DNA of 20,000 nt from Piedraia hortae CBS 480.64. Its lineage: Eukaryota. The first letter of the stretch is position 1, and each line of letters begins with the position of its first letter. The DNA lies in the NCBI GenBank assembly GCA_010093745.1, contig MU006020.1:59844-79843 (forward strand). Direction: 5' to 3'. The notes under the pieces are model-generated. The model was given only the letters and a program-made list of their open reading frames with translations, did no database searches and was not told where the DNA came from. A program made the translations under genes and the position numbers. Of the stretch, positions 1-10,700 are shown piece after piece.

Positions 1-129
1 TGTCGTCTGACCGGGGGACCAGTTGTAGAGCCAAGACACCTTAGACCCATCGCAGCAGAACAGCTTTACTGGATCTGTATTCTCTTTGGGCCATGCTAGA
101 CCGCGCTTAGTCGATCCACAGGGCGCCAT
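1..129 (-). CDS. 5' part of a glycoside hydrolase family 128 (Asl1-like / Glyco_hydro_cc) beta-1,3-glucanase; truncated by the window edge
   Basis: Manual translation from the ATG at 129 (- strand) gives MAPCGSTKRGLAWPKENTDPVKLFCCDGSKVSWLYNWSPGQTT. KRGLAW and SKVSWLYNWS are the N-terminal signature motifs of fungal GH128. No signal peptide is seen. Confidence 0.85.
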   Translation of the reverse strand, partial: MAPCGSTKRGLAWPKENTDPVKLFCCDGSKVSWLYNWSPGQTT

Positions 130-1128
130 GATGGATCAATCTCGCCATCTATACTTTTATCCTTCAAGGAAGACGATTGCAAAACATAATCCTAATCCTA
201 ACCCTATTGTGGCTGCCATCTTGCCGCCAGACGCACGGCGATGCTGATTGCACGAGACGTTGTGAAGATCGACGCCAGGATGGCGTATGTCAGGTGAGAG
301 AGGATTTCTACATCTGAAACGGGAAAATAAGATCGTATCATGGCGGGGCCCCCTTTGTCTTTGCAAGCTGTCAAAAGTGTAGCCGGCCGGCAGAACAGGG
401 AGCATTGCTGCCCGTTCCCGGTCGGTGACGTGCATGTACACTGCCGGTTTCGTGTCTATCCGAATGCCGCTCGGAGAACGTCGTTTTGAGATGACAGCAG
501 ATGTACTGTAGATTTCGGCCATTGTGCAAGAACTACAGAGTAGAGGGAGAGAGCCTTTGAATTCCCAAGACTGGGAGACGAAAGAATGTACGTTACTGGG
601 CCCATAGGTAAAGTGTCATGAGGCCAATTTGGTAACGTGTGCTCTGAGATGAGCACTTTATAAAAGAAACATATCCGCCGTGGCTTGATTACACCCGACG
701 AAAGCGCCGGTGATTACTTCGTTTCTCCTAGCAAGCGGATGGCATGGCTCTGGGTGCACACAGTGTCTACTTTTCCGGGTACAGTAAGTATCTAATTGGC
801 GCTGGGAGTCGTTCATCTAGACGTGAAGAATGTTGTGCTACACTTCACACGAGACTGCAATGAGGACAGCCCATTAGGAGCGCGCCGTGGCGTCCCACCT
901 GTTCGCGAGTTCAAGAGGCTGACGAGCCGGTAGCCTGGGCCCTTCTAATGGCAAAGCCGCCGGACGGGGGCTGATTGCACGATGACCAACCAACAAAGAC
1001 CGGAACGGTCTCAGGCTCTGACATGCGGGTCACAGCTGCGGCACGCAAGACCCTGCGCGGCTATTGACGTTTGGAAGATTCCTTTTATCTTTATCATTTC
1101 GTGTCTGTTCCACTCAGTCTCTTCCTAC

Positions 1129-1971
1129 ATGTTTCTGCCCTTGGAAAGCCCAGTGAGCCCCCAGGCCGAGTTGCTGAACGCGCTGGGAGTGTGAGTCGAT
1201 CAATTGGCCTGTAATCAAATCTGACTGGACAGACTGTTGGTCAATGGAAAGTTCTCAGACCTACGGCTCGTCTGCAACAGTCGGCAGTGGGCAGTACATA
1301 GGGCATTGCTGTGTTCAAGAAGCAGCTTCTTCGATGCCGCCTGCAGCCATGCGTTTCGTGAAGCCAGGGACCTTGTCGTTGACCTAAGCGACGACGATGA
1401 GGAGGCCGTGGAGCAGATGATTTGCTACTTTTACCGTCTCGACTACGATATTCAAGAGCAGACTCCAACCGTCGAGCTAAGACATCGTTCTCGCCGGCCA
1501 AAGAAGGTTGACTTTAGCCAAATTCGAGACCCTCTGCTCGAAATGGCTGGCCTCTCTCCACCGAGCAGTCCTTGCTGTTCGCCCAGACAAGACACTCCTC
1601 CACCTCAGAGTACCATTATGGAGACGGACAACAGGCCTCCCAAGCTGCTCCTGCATGTGCGTGTGTACGCGCTAGCCGAAAAGTACGACATTCCTGGACT
1701 CAAAGAGCTGGCGCGGTCCAAGTTTGAAATATCGCTTGCCTGTCACTACGACTCGCCCGAGGTGCCTGAAGCGATAGAGGAAGTTTACTGTTCCACGATC
1801 GACTCGGACCGTGGGCTTCGAGATGTCATCGTGCAGCTGTTTATGCAGCATCCATTACTCGCCACAACGCCAGCCGTCCGGGCGCTGCTTGACGACATGT
1901 CACCCTTTATGGATGATATCAGGCAGCACTTTGGGTGCAGTCCTGCAGCGATACCAGTGCACAGCATCTGA
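1129..1971 (+). CDS. BTB/POZ domain protein; exons 1129-1190 and 1233-1971
   Basis: BTB motifs FSDLRLVC..WAVHRALLCSRSSFFDAAC..FREA..VDLSDDD..MICYFYRLDY, plus the fungal C-terminal motif LHVRVYALAEKYDIPGLKELARSKF. Intron 1191-1232 (GTGAGT..CTGAC..CAG, 42 nt) joins the ATG-1129 exon in frame. Confidence 0.92.
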
Positions 1972-2363
1972 TGTGATACGAGCACCACATATGCCCCATG
2001 TTCCTTCCGGTCGCACGACAGCCGGGTACCCCCGGTCTTCCCCAGACTTGATCCCAGAAATGGATTCAAGATGGATCCCAGTAAAGGCCTGCTGCCGGAA
2101 ATACATTAGGAGAGAAACTCTCCGGAGATTTGGCAAGAAACACGGCAATTTAATTTCTAAATACGGACAAAGAGGGCCGCAAGATGGCCTACATCCTCCT
2201 TTTCCCCTGTCCTCTCCTTTTCTCCTACGCACACTCGTTTGCTCACCACAGTCGTTCGTTTGGTTCATAATTATCCATAACTCTACTGCTTTATTATTCT
2301 GGTCCAGCCTCAGCAACTCAGCAACAGCAAAAACCGCAATCTTTTTAATCTGCTCCAGCAACA

Positions 2364-3368
2364 ATGTATACACACGCCACTGCCTTGCTCTCGCTGATCA
2401 GTGTCGCCGCCGCCGCCATTGATGGGCTCACCGCGCCGCAGAAAGTCAAAGCCGACGATGACTTCCAAATCACGTTCAAAGATGCCGACGATGTCAACTA
2501 CCGTGTCTTCCTCGGCGCCGCACTCGCCGGAGCCAACGGCCCAACCTGTAAGTCCATCCCATCCCACCCAAAGGGACCCTACCAACGCCTCCCCCCAGGT
2601 TTCCTCAAAAACAGCACGAAACTCTCCAGCCCCATGACCCTCAAGATCCCCAAGACCGTCGGTCCCTCAGCGGACTACTACTCGATCGCGGTCCAAGACA
2701 TCAGCAAAGACAACAACCCGGTGACCTTCTCCAACAAATTCCACTTGGACGGCGCGGACGGGAACTACACCGATTACGAGAACAAACTTGGCGGGGCCAT
2801 GTTCTGGGATCCCAACACCCTCCCCTGCGACAGCTACGACTGCGCTCGTAAATGTGCAATGGACAACTACCCGCAAGACTTGAACGACAAATCCGCCCAA
2901 GGCAAAATGGATGCCTGCATCCTCAAATGTCCTGGCGTCTCCATGTCCGACGAAGTCACCAACAGCCAAAACGGCACGGACTCATCCGACGCAGTCGTGA
3001 CCATCACCTCCGGAGTCGTCATGACCGCCATCGAAACGACAGCCACCACAGGCGGCAGCACAATCACCGAAGCCGTCCTAGGAAGCAACACCCTCGTCCT
3101 CGGAGGTCCCGCAGCTACAATCTCCGGGGAAGCAGTCTCCCTCGCCTCCGGCGGCGTTGTCGTTGGAAAAGAAACAGCTGCTTTCTCCGGCGCGACGGAA
3201 TCCGGTGCGGCTGCTACTTCGGGAGGAAGCGATGGTAGTGCGAAGGAGTCGGGTGCTGCGGCCCCCTCCCAGTCGGGTAAGGGGGATAAGAAGAGTGATG
3301 CGTCGAAGGTTGTAATTGCCGGGGGGATCTCTCTGGCCGCATTCGTGGGAGCGTTGATCGTGGTTTAA
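2364..3368 (+). CDS. Secreted Ser/Thr/Gly-rich, probably GPI-anchored cell-wall protein; probable intron 2548-2598
   Basis: N-terminal signal peptide (MYTHATALLSLISVAAAA), beta-rich N-domain ending FSNKFHLDGADG, Cys-rich segment (PCDSYDCARKC..CILKC), S/T/G/A-rich stalk and hydrophobic C-terminus (VVIAGGISLAAFVGALIVV). A GTAAGT..CAG 51-nt in-frame intron gives GPTCFLKNST after splicing. Confidence 0.85.
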   Translation: MYTHATALLSLISVAAAAIDGLTAPQKVKADDDFQITFKDADDVNYRVFLGAALAGANGPTCKSIPSHPKGPYQRLPPGFLKNSTKLSSPMTLKIPKTVGPSADYYSIAVQDISKDNNPVTFSNKFHLDGADGNYTDYENKLGGAMFWDPNTLPCDSYDCARKCAMDNYPQDLNDKSAQGKMDACILKCPGVSMSDEVTNSQNGTDSSDAVVTITSGVVMTAIETTATTGGSTITEAVLGSNTLVLGGPAATISGEAVSLASGGVVVGKETAAFSGATESGAAATSGGSDGSAKESGAAAPSQSGKGDKKSDASKVVIAGGISLAAFVGALIVV

Positions 3369-3681
3369 AGGGGAATCAGACTCTTGCATGGCATGGCTGT
3401 GGTGTTTTTTTTGTGGTTTCTTTTTCCGTTTGTGTAATACCCTTTTTTTTTTCTAAAGATGCGGCTTATATGAGATATTGTTTGTTTTGTCTAAGCGTCT
3501 CGAGGGTTGTTGTGTTCGTGGTCGTTGCGACTGATGGCAAGTCGAGGTGGTTGACTGGCCGTAGCATTCCTTTGTAGATGTAGTAACGGACTCAAAGGCA
3601 AGCTGAGGTTGTTGAACACTGTCGCGATATCCCTTCCATAGCCAGTGGTCACGCTCACCGAGAGGTGGACAGGATGATCCT

Positions 3682-3715
3682 CGTCACCAACTGCGTCACC
3701 AACTGCATCACAACT
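3682..3715. repeat. Short tandem repeat (CGTCACCAACTG)x2 plus a degenerate third copy
   Basis: Exact 12-mers at 3682-3693 and 3694-3705, followed by CATCACAACT. Confidence 0.8.
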
Positions 3716-3760
3716 CATGCACTTTATATAATAAGTTACAACAGTCCATTAATATAGAAA

Positions 3761-3850
3761 GGACCCTTGGCGCAGTGGTAGCGTATCTGATTCCAGTTAT
3801 CTGAAATTGGGATATCCAGAGGGTCGGGCGTTCAAGTCGCCCAGGGTTCA
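3761..3850 (+). tRNA. tRNA-Trp(CCA) with an ~18-nt intron (~3797-3814)
   Basis: Acceptor stem GGACCCT/AGGGTTC+A, D arm GCGC-AGTGGTA-GCGT, anticodon CCA at 3793-3795, intron after position 37 containing TGGGAT (can pair with the anticodon loop), T arm GGGCG-TTCAAGT-CGCCC. Mature length is 72 nt. Confidence 0.93.
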
Positions 3851-3853
3851 CGA

Positions 3854-3862
3854 TTTTTTTTC
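3854..3862 (+). terminator. RNA polymerase III terminator (oligo-T) of the tRNA gene
   Basis: Run of 9 T starting 4 nt after the tRNA discriminator base. Confidence 0.85.
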
Positions 3863-3879
3863 TCTCCTGCCTCATTGCA

Positions 3880-5540
3880 GGAGAAGAGTGGGAATTGATG
3901 GGTTTGCTACGGGTTACATTGATGTCAAACTGCTGCAATAAGGACGAAGTTACGGGACAATGTGTAACGGGAACATCCCTCACGCTGTCAATCTCGAAAC
4001 TGCCCATGATTCGCAGCCCTGGATGCTTCATACGATTCCCAACGAGAGTGACTTTCAGTGACTGCTTCCATGGATAGCTTTTTCAAAGAAAAGCACGGAA
4101 TTGGTACAAAGGATCAAATACCAAGTACTGAGTTGAGCATCCACAGCGTGATTCGATCAGCTTTGTTGAGATACTCTCCAAGCTGGACCAGGGAGCACGC
4201 AATGGAGGGCCCTGACTCGCTCACCTCATCCGGGGCAGGCTTCCTGGCAATCCTAATTTCCTCGCGGACAGCCACCTGGCATTGTCTTTGGATCGTGGAG
4301 AGTGCCCTTCTATCACCGCCTGTGCCGTTGGGATTATTTCTTCCACCTCGTATCGTTTTCGCCTGGGTTAACCGCTCTGAATGGTCGTTTGACTGGGAGG
4401 GCTCGGGAAACAAACGCATGGCCACGGTATCAATGAGGGCGCATAGATCGTCCTCAAAATCGAGTGGCTTGTCTTTAAACTTTCATGTGCCCTCATCGTG
4501 CTTGTAGAGTTCCTCCATCACCTCCACGGGCGCCCATTGGGCTTTTTGCCCCAGCCCTAGTTGCTGTTCAACTTCACCCAGATGGTGTAGTTTGACTTCA
4601 GGATATTGAACTTGTTCTTCATTTGTCTCCCTGGTGCGCAGCGTCTGCTGCTGGCTCGGGGCAACAGACTGAACCTTTTCGAAACATTGCAATAGATTTC
4701 CATCTTGAATCCGCTTTGGGAGGCCTTGCCTTTCCTTCTGGCCCCAAGGAAGAGGCTCGTGTGCGCTAGCATGGTTGCTTGTCACCTTCGTTGACATCAG
4801 AATCGCCAGTGACGAATATTTCGCCTGGTTGCTGCGAGGATTGGACATGCCCGAAGACCGATGAGAGAGATGTCTAGTTTGCTAGCTGTGGGTAGGACAT
4901 CTTCAATCGTCTCGTTGGGCTGTAACAACAGCGTCTTCTCCTGCGGACGCATAGCAGCTATGCTATGCTATGCCAATGATGGCAGAGAGACAGGGGGTGT
5001 ACGACTCGGGGCTGACAAAGCCATTGCCTTCCTGGTTGATGCCGGGAACGGCGGCAAATGCGACGAGGGCATATTCATGGAGGTTGTTTTGAAGGACGTG
5101 GTCCAGGACCGCCGCGCAAAAGTCCAGGCAGCCGTCACCCAGCTCCCTTTCGAGCTCCTCGTGGGCTGTGCTTCACTGATGTTCTCAAGCTCGCCATGTT
5201 TTTGGTGGAAGATGATACCGAGCACGGGAGCAGAAGGTGCCTCGTACACGTTCCGTTTTCTGGGCCAGTAATTGCATCCCCAACCGCGGGAAGCTTCTAG
5301 ACCAGATAAAGGTGGCTGGTCCGACTCCGGGAGCTTGATTCCCTCGTTGTTGGGAATTCACAAAGGTCGATCAAGGTAACGAGGTTGATTCACGAAAGTC
5401 ACGAGTGCTCTGCGAGGCTCCCAGTGCTCAGGGTGTTTCTTGAAGCATTGCTTGATCAATTACTTTGGGAAGACGCCCGTGCGGTAAGTGATGCACACAA
5501 GTACCTACTGTTCCTGTAGATGGATAAACGACTTAGTCTT
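3880..5540 (-). pseudogene. Degenerate DUF3505/OrsD-like gene (N-terminal part of a telomere-linked-helicase-type gene)
   Basis: The - strand frame from ~5530 reads FIHLQEQ*VLVCITYRTGVFPK*LIKQCFKKHPEH..IKLPESDQPPLSGLEASRGWGCNYW..IIFHQKHG..SWVTAAWTFARR. This matches the remembered DUF3505 pattern (vliC..C..av.p..i..Hl...H / lP....Pi.gL...g..C / H...Hg). It has in-frame TAG/TAA/TGA stops and fragmented downstream frames. Confidence 0.55.
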
Positions 5541-6388
5541 TCTATATACTGAGGACTGGACGAATGTCACAGTAGCTCTCGCAGCAAGCATCCGTGCAGC
5601 GATATCGTTGTTGTCGTGAGAAAGAGCATCTAGCTCCAGGATGGAGTGGAAGCTAAAAGCCTCTATTGCCCTCGCTAAGAACCAACTTCGGGGGCTCTGG
5701 AGATGAGAGCCTCAGATGAGGATTCAAAAACCCTCCATTTGACGAGCTCTTGATGACTTGAATGTCGTCTCAACATTGCCCGAGCCTTCCAGCCCGTTCC
5801 GTATAGATCCATGATCCACCCATTCTTGTTGTATGTTGGTGATAAACGCGCTCTGGGGGGTGGCTCGCTTAAGTTTTGAGTTCCTCTCAAGAGCTTCCTG
5901 ATATCGAAATCTCAAAGGGGACACATCACAATGTACCATGTCAAGGCAAAATTTGGACATAGTCTTGGCCTTCGGAGTATAGTAGTTTCCGGGCTTTGAA
6001 CAGCCTGGCACCCGATGAATGCTCGTGTTGGATGCAACGATTAGACAACGACCAGAATCGAATACCCTCCAATCCCTCAAACCTCGCTTACTTTACTCCC
6101 GGAAATCGGTCCAGGTGCGTCTTCAGTTTCAAGAGATTGGCGCATCTCAACTGAGTACCGTAGATAAAGGCAGATCAGGAGTAAGACCACCAATTACAGC
6201 CTCTTTTTCTTCTCGATGCACAATCAGTCTACCAAGTTGCCTAGCTTGTAATATGCACCTCACGATCGACATACATCTTGCGCCCGACAGAATTGGTTGT
6301 GGGCTGATATGTATGGGACGGAAATATTTCCGCTTCCCCCCTAACGCAGCCCAATCTCACTTCTTACCCAACTCGCGCACTCGCGACA

Positions 6389-7294
6389 ATGACGCCCCTA
6401 AAGCGCAAAGGCTCGCCAATTGACGAGGAAGAACAATCCGCGAAACGCCGCTTCGCCGAAAGCGAAAGCATCCAGGAAGAAAACGTACCTCTCCTATCAG
6501 CAACAACGCCCAACGAGAGCGCAACACCCTCTACAACCACAACAGCACCAGCCCAAGACCCGCGAGCAGCGCGCTTCGCAGCCCTTAAATCGCGAATCCA
6601 AGCCTCTCGCGAAGCAAACCTCCACGCCTCCCAAACCGAAGCCCAGCGACAGAAAATCGACATCTCCCAGCTGCCCGCCCTTAACCGCAAACGCGACATT
6701 GCGGCCCACAACCTCCTCAAAGCAGAAGTTGAAGCGCGTGGGGAGGATTTCGAGCGGAAGCGCGCTTGGGACTGGACGATTGAAGAGTCTGAACGGTGGG
6801 ATAAACGTCTCGCGAAGAAGGCAAAGAACAGAGAGAACAACCTCGCGTTTCGCGACTATGCTGATGAGGCGAATAAGATCTACAAGAGGCAGGTTGGACA
6901 GATGACGCGAGATAAGACTGCGCTGCAGGAGAGAAAGGAGCAATATAAACGGGATAAACAGGAGGAAATTGATCGGGCGGTTGCATCTGGTGGGTTGGAA
7001 CTTGTTGAAACGCTTGAGGGGGAGGTCATTGCTGTTGATAAATATGGGGGTGGGTTTGTGGAGGATTCATTTAAGCATAGTCAACCTTCCAAAGAGGCGG
7101 TGGATAGGCTTGTTAAGGATCTGGAACAGGCGGAAGAGGTGCGGCTGAGGAAGAGGAGGGAGAGAAATAGGGATGAAAAGGATGTTACGTACATCAATGA
7201 GAAGAACAAGCAGTTTAATCTCAAGCTGCGGAGGTTCTATGATAAGTATACGACGGATATAAGGGAGTCGTTTGAACGAGGGACTGCGTTGTAG
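6389..7294 (+). CDS. SYF2: Pre-mRNA splicing factor SYF2 (NTC/Prp19 complex)
   Basis: Intact 301-aa ORF with SYF2 motifs RAARFAALK, GEDFERKRAWDWTIEESERWDKRL, PSKEAVDRLVKDL and DVTYINEKNKQFNLKLRRFYDKYTTDIRESFERGT. Confidence 0.97.
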   Translation: MTPLKRKGSPIDEEEQSAKRRFAESESIQEENVPLLSATTPNESATPSTTTTAPAQDPRAARFAALKSRIQASREANLHASQTEAQRQKIDISQLPALNRKRDIAAHNLLKAEVEARGEDFERKRAWDWTIEESERWDKRLAKKAKNRENNLAFRDYADEANKIYKRQVGQMTRDKTALQERKEQYKRDKQEEIDRAVASGGLELVETLEGEVIAVDKYGGGFVEDSFKHSQPSKEAVDRLVKDLEQAEEVRLRKRRERNRDEKDVTYINEKNKQFNLKLRRFYDKYTTDIRESFERGTAL

Positions 7295-8596
7295 GTGTCG
7301 AGGGCGGATACTAATTAGTCGTTGAGGCATACAGGAGGGTTTTCTTGCGAAGCAAATGCAATCATTAGAAACTGTCTCATGGTGTCACTCACGCCATTCG
7401 ATTACAGATCCTCCGTGGTATCTATCCAAAAGCTCCCCCATTCTAGCGTTTGACGATCGTAACAGATATCTTAACGTCTTGAAAGAACCATAAATTGTTG
7501 CCGAAAACACGCTTTCACCTCGAGCCTCTGAATGCAAGCACCATAAGCTCAACCAACCTGCACCTTGTCAAAAGCAGAGAAGCGGTATCAAACCAGCCAC
7601 GAGCCTGCAGACTCACCTATTGGCCCATGATCTGTCACTGAAATTCCGAGATACGAAGTGAGTTCTCGGGGCATAACATGGGCCTTGCTTCTTTTCCTGT
7701 GGACCCCTCGAAGGTTGATCAAATCTCCTCGTTCGAGTTGTTCGAACACTGCAAAAAGAGGGCGAGACCTTCTTTAATGTATCTCCCAGTTTCAAAAGCG
7801 ACGAAAGCAGACAAAGACGATATGGGTTAAGAAACAATGGAAGATATTGTGCAGGTCGCCACGGAGCGATTCGCTAGTTATGACCCACACTCCTGACCAG
7901 GCTTCGAGCACTTAAGAATTTTCTCTTGTAGCTCTAGATACGCGTGTATACGGACTCACCTGCGGGGTGCCGCTGCTTATTAGAACAGAATAGGTATTTG
8001 CAAGTATATCGTTTTCTGTGTGGCTACAGAGGTCTTTATTCCCCAACCTCCTAGAAATATGTACGATAATAATCCCCTTTCCAAAGCCGGAAACCTTGAC
8101 CTTATGTAAAGAGCATTTTGCCGCTGTTTGGTCTGCGGTCGAATTATCTGAAGCCCATCCTTACCTTGCGGACGACGATAATAATTGCCACCTCAAAACT
8201 TGCGGGATTGCGTTGTGGTGGGCAGTCACCATGTTAGGCGCACGCCGCACCAGCCTTGACACTGCCAAGGAAATAAGCGGGCTGGCTATTCGATCAGGTA
8301 GAGTACTTTGCGTAGGAAATTTGAACATGGGACCCGTTGTGCCAGAGTGTGGTACTTTTCACTAAGCAAGTAACCACATCCATTTCCCCGGCGGGAAAAT
8401 TGATTAATACTGTGGATAGCTGTTCTCATCCACCCTTGCCCCCTGGTGTGTAATTTTTGGCGTTGTATGGCCTCAAACGCAGCTTCAGGCGACCATTCCC
8501 GCTCCTTGTAACTCCCTTCCGAGGAAGACTCCGCCACTCCAAACTTGCGGGGAAAATTCGGGCAGTTTGGAGAAAAAAGCTGAGGGGGTTCCGAGG

Positions 8597-8636
8597 CCTA
8601 ATACCCTTATAACCTAAACACCCTTATAACCTAGGG
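8597..8636. repeat. 16-17 bp tandem repeat (CCTAAACACCCTTATAA)x~2.3, telomere-like strand asymmetry
   Basis: CCTAATACCCTTATAA-CCTAAACACCCTTATAA-CCTAGGG; ACCCTTATAACCTA occurs twice exactly. Confidence 0.8.
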
Positions 8637-8699
8637 TATGTAGCATTGTAGTTCTGCCTATATGCAGACAGGCAGCTGATGCTACAGCTGCTACAGCGG

Positions 8700-10700
8700 A
8701 GGCATGCTGACAGCCTTGTCCACGAACTTCGACATGCCGGAGATCAGTTGCTTGTCGCGCTTGTTCCATTTCTCCAGCCGCTGCGTCTGCATTTTTACAC
8801 TGCGGGAAAAAGGCGGCCGACGCCGCCATCGGCTTGGTAGCATGCGGCACAGAAACTGGGAGATAATAATTGGAAGTTGCATTGAGGGACCGAGAATTAG
8901 CGAGCGCACCGCGTCATGGCTTCGTTGCGGCTGAAGAACAATCCCTTGTCATATCGAGCCACAGAAGGAGGCACATCGGCAGGTTCCTACTTTCGTGACT
9001 TTGTCTAATGCAATGATCTGCCGCACAGCCTGCGCCATCTCGTAATGACTTCGGGACATCGTTGCTGGTGCACTTATTCTCATAAACCGTGGCGATGTAC
9101 AGAAAAAGGCTTGGCCGTCATGCAGTCAAACGAGATGAGGGCGAAGAGCTCCTCGTCGACTGGTAGATGGTGTCTCGGGCTGTACCCGTCGCAGATTCCG
9201 ATATGCGATCAGGCAGGTAGCTCAAGTCGATGCTCCTTTCCAGGTCCTATGAGCATCTCTCCATCAGATTGGCGGCCCCCAACTGCGCTTGGTATCCGAT
9301 TTTACCATATTCGGTTATCGACATTCGGCCTGCTTCTCACATCAGTTCACCATCCCGCAGCTCGACCCGGTTTGATTGTGCGAACACCCCGTCATCTCTC
9401 AGCACGAGAGTTTGGAGTGCCCCATCCCTGCCGGAAAGAACAAGATTCAAAGCCATTACCAATGCCAACCCTATTGACAATTTTGTTAGGATCAGACTCA
9501 GTTCCGATGGTTACAAGTAGCCCGCCGACAGCTTATTTCGATGTCTCTCCTAGAAACTTCCGATGGGATCTCGAAGTAACGTCCACTGTGCATACGTTCC
9601 GCCAGCCGATTCTTTCATGCGGCCCATCATTGCAGCACAGCTGGATTAAGTGAACTGTGCCCGCGTGGTGGGCTTTGTCTAGGTCGCTGTAGTGAAATGG
9701 GCCAGAGGGACTGGATCGAGCAGTGCTGCGTCGGCTAGCCGGAATTATGTCCGTGGCTGAACATCCCATTGCTGCGGAGCAGTCACCCGAGTCTACCACT
9801 ACGATGATCGATCTCAAAGTTATCCGCACGTTCAATCCAACCAATGGCATGTCGCCATCGTTATGGCCTGTACTGCTGGGAAAACCGATGTATGGTTTCG
9901 GGTCGGAGTTTTTGGCGTACCAGTAGCCACAGTGTGCCGATCTGGATGGGGAATTGACGTGGCAGGTGTCTTGGATTGCCGGTGTACAGATAGCCACCGA
10001 TCCTGTCCAGCACAACAACAAATTCTGAACTCCACAAGTCAAGCCTGTGCCTGCCACCGGTCACGATGCGTTTTGCAGCCAGTACAGAGTTGCCCATTGC
10101 TGTATTTGTTTCCATTCATGGGCAACAGCATCGACAGCAACTCCCTCGTTTTTTGTTGACATCAGGGGAAGAAGAGCAAACGACTATGTCCTGATCTGGG
10201 TCGCTCTGCATTTCTTCTTCTGCTCATCCATGAGCTTGAAACAACGTTGCCGAAGGCTGGCAAGCCAGCAACCTAATACTACTTCCAGATCTTTGTTCAG
10301 AAACCTTTGCACAAAGGCCTTCCAGCTACTCTGCACCTTCTTGTCCCAATGTTGGACCATCAAGTCGATGGCCAGAAGCCCGTGGTCGTACTCGTTCCTC
10401 TTCGAGGGCTCATTGATTTTAAGCATCCACCACTGACACAGGCAGCGCAACTATAGGCTGAGTATTGAGGTCCAATGACTTGACTTCATGGAACACTTCA
10501 ACCATCCGACGCGTGGCCGCCTTGGAATAGTACATAGCCTGCAATCCGTGGGCTGCATAAACATCTTTTCGCCTTTTCTCATCTTTTCCACTCTATCCCC
10601 CTTCCACACACAACGCGACTACCATGTCCTTGAAAATTTGAGTCTCTAAGTGACTCGAGATTGTCGCATCGAAGTGGACAAGGAACTTGCCTCTGCTGTC
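8700..10700 (-). pseudogene. Heavily degenerate second remnant resembling the central region of DUF3505/telomere-linked-helicase-type genes
   Basis: Frame-shifted - strand fragments: ..WWMLKINEP..VQHWDKKVQSSWKAFVQRFL, CSAAMGCSA, HRKFLGETSK*AVGGLL, VELRDGELM*EAGRMSITEY..DLERSIDLSYLPDRISES / GYSP. Their order resembles the remembered Y...Wkrfl, avlGi, h..fl...s..p.g.ll and idl..l.D...GySF blocks. The match is weak and by eye only. Confidence 0.35.

Noticed and set aside
187..206. TAATCC-TAATCC-TAACCC telomere-like hexamers
   Set aside because: Only one canonical unit; compatible with a chance promoter microsatellite.
157..522. 121-aa - strand ORF ending in a hydrophobic GLGLGL stretch, in the same frame as the GH128 gene
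   Set aside because: Separated from GH128 by two stops with no plausible intron; no recognisable domain.
1811..2422. 203-aa and 157-aa ORFs overlapping the BTB 3' end and intergenic region
   Set aside because: Alternative-frame or antisense to real genes, with no protein-like features.
5675..6080. - strand ORFs upstream of SYF2 (HRVPGCSKP.. Zn-finger-like hint)
   Set aside because: Too little similarity to assign; may be further decayed repeat sequence.
6364..6986. Several ORFs antisense or out of frame to SYF2
   Set aside because: Shadows of the skewed codon usage of SYF2.
7400..8540. Possible FAR1/MULE N-terminus (EWSPEAAFEAIQ..GQGW) on the - strand
   Set aside because: No convincing catalytic motifs or paired TIR found; left unannotated.
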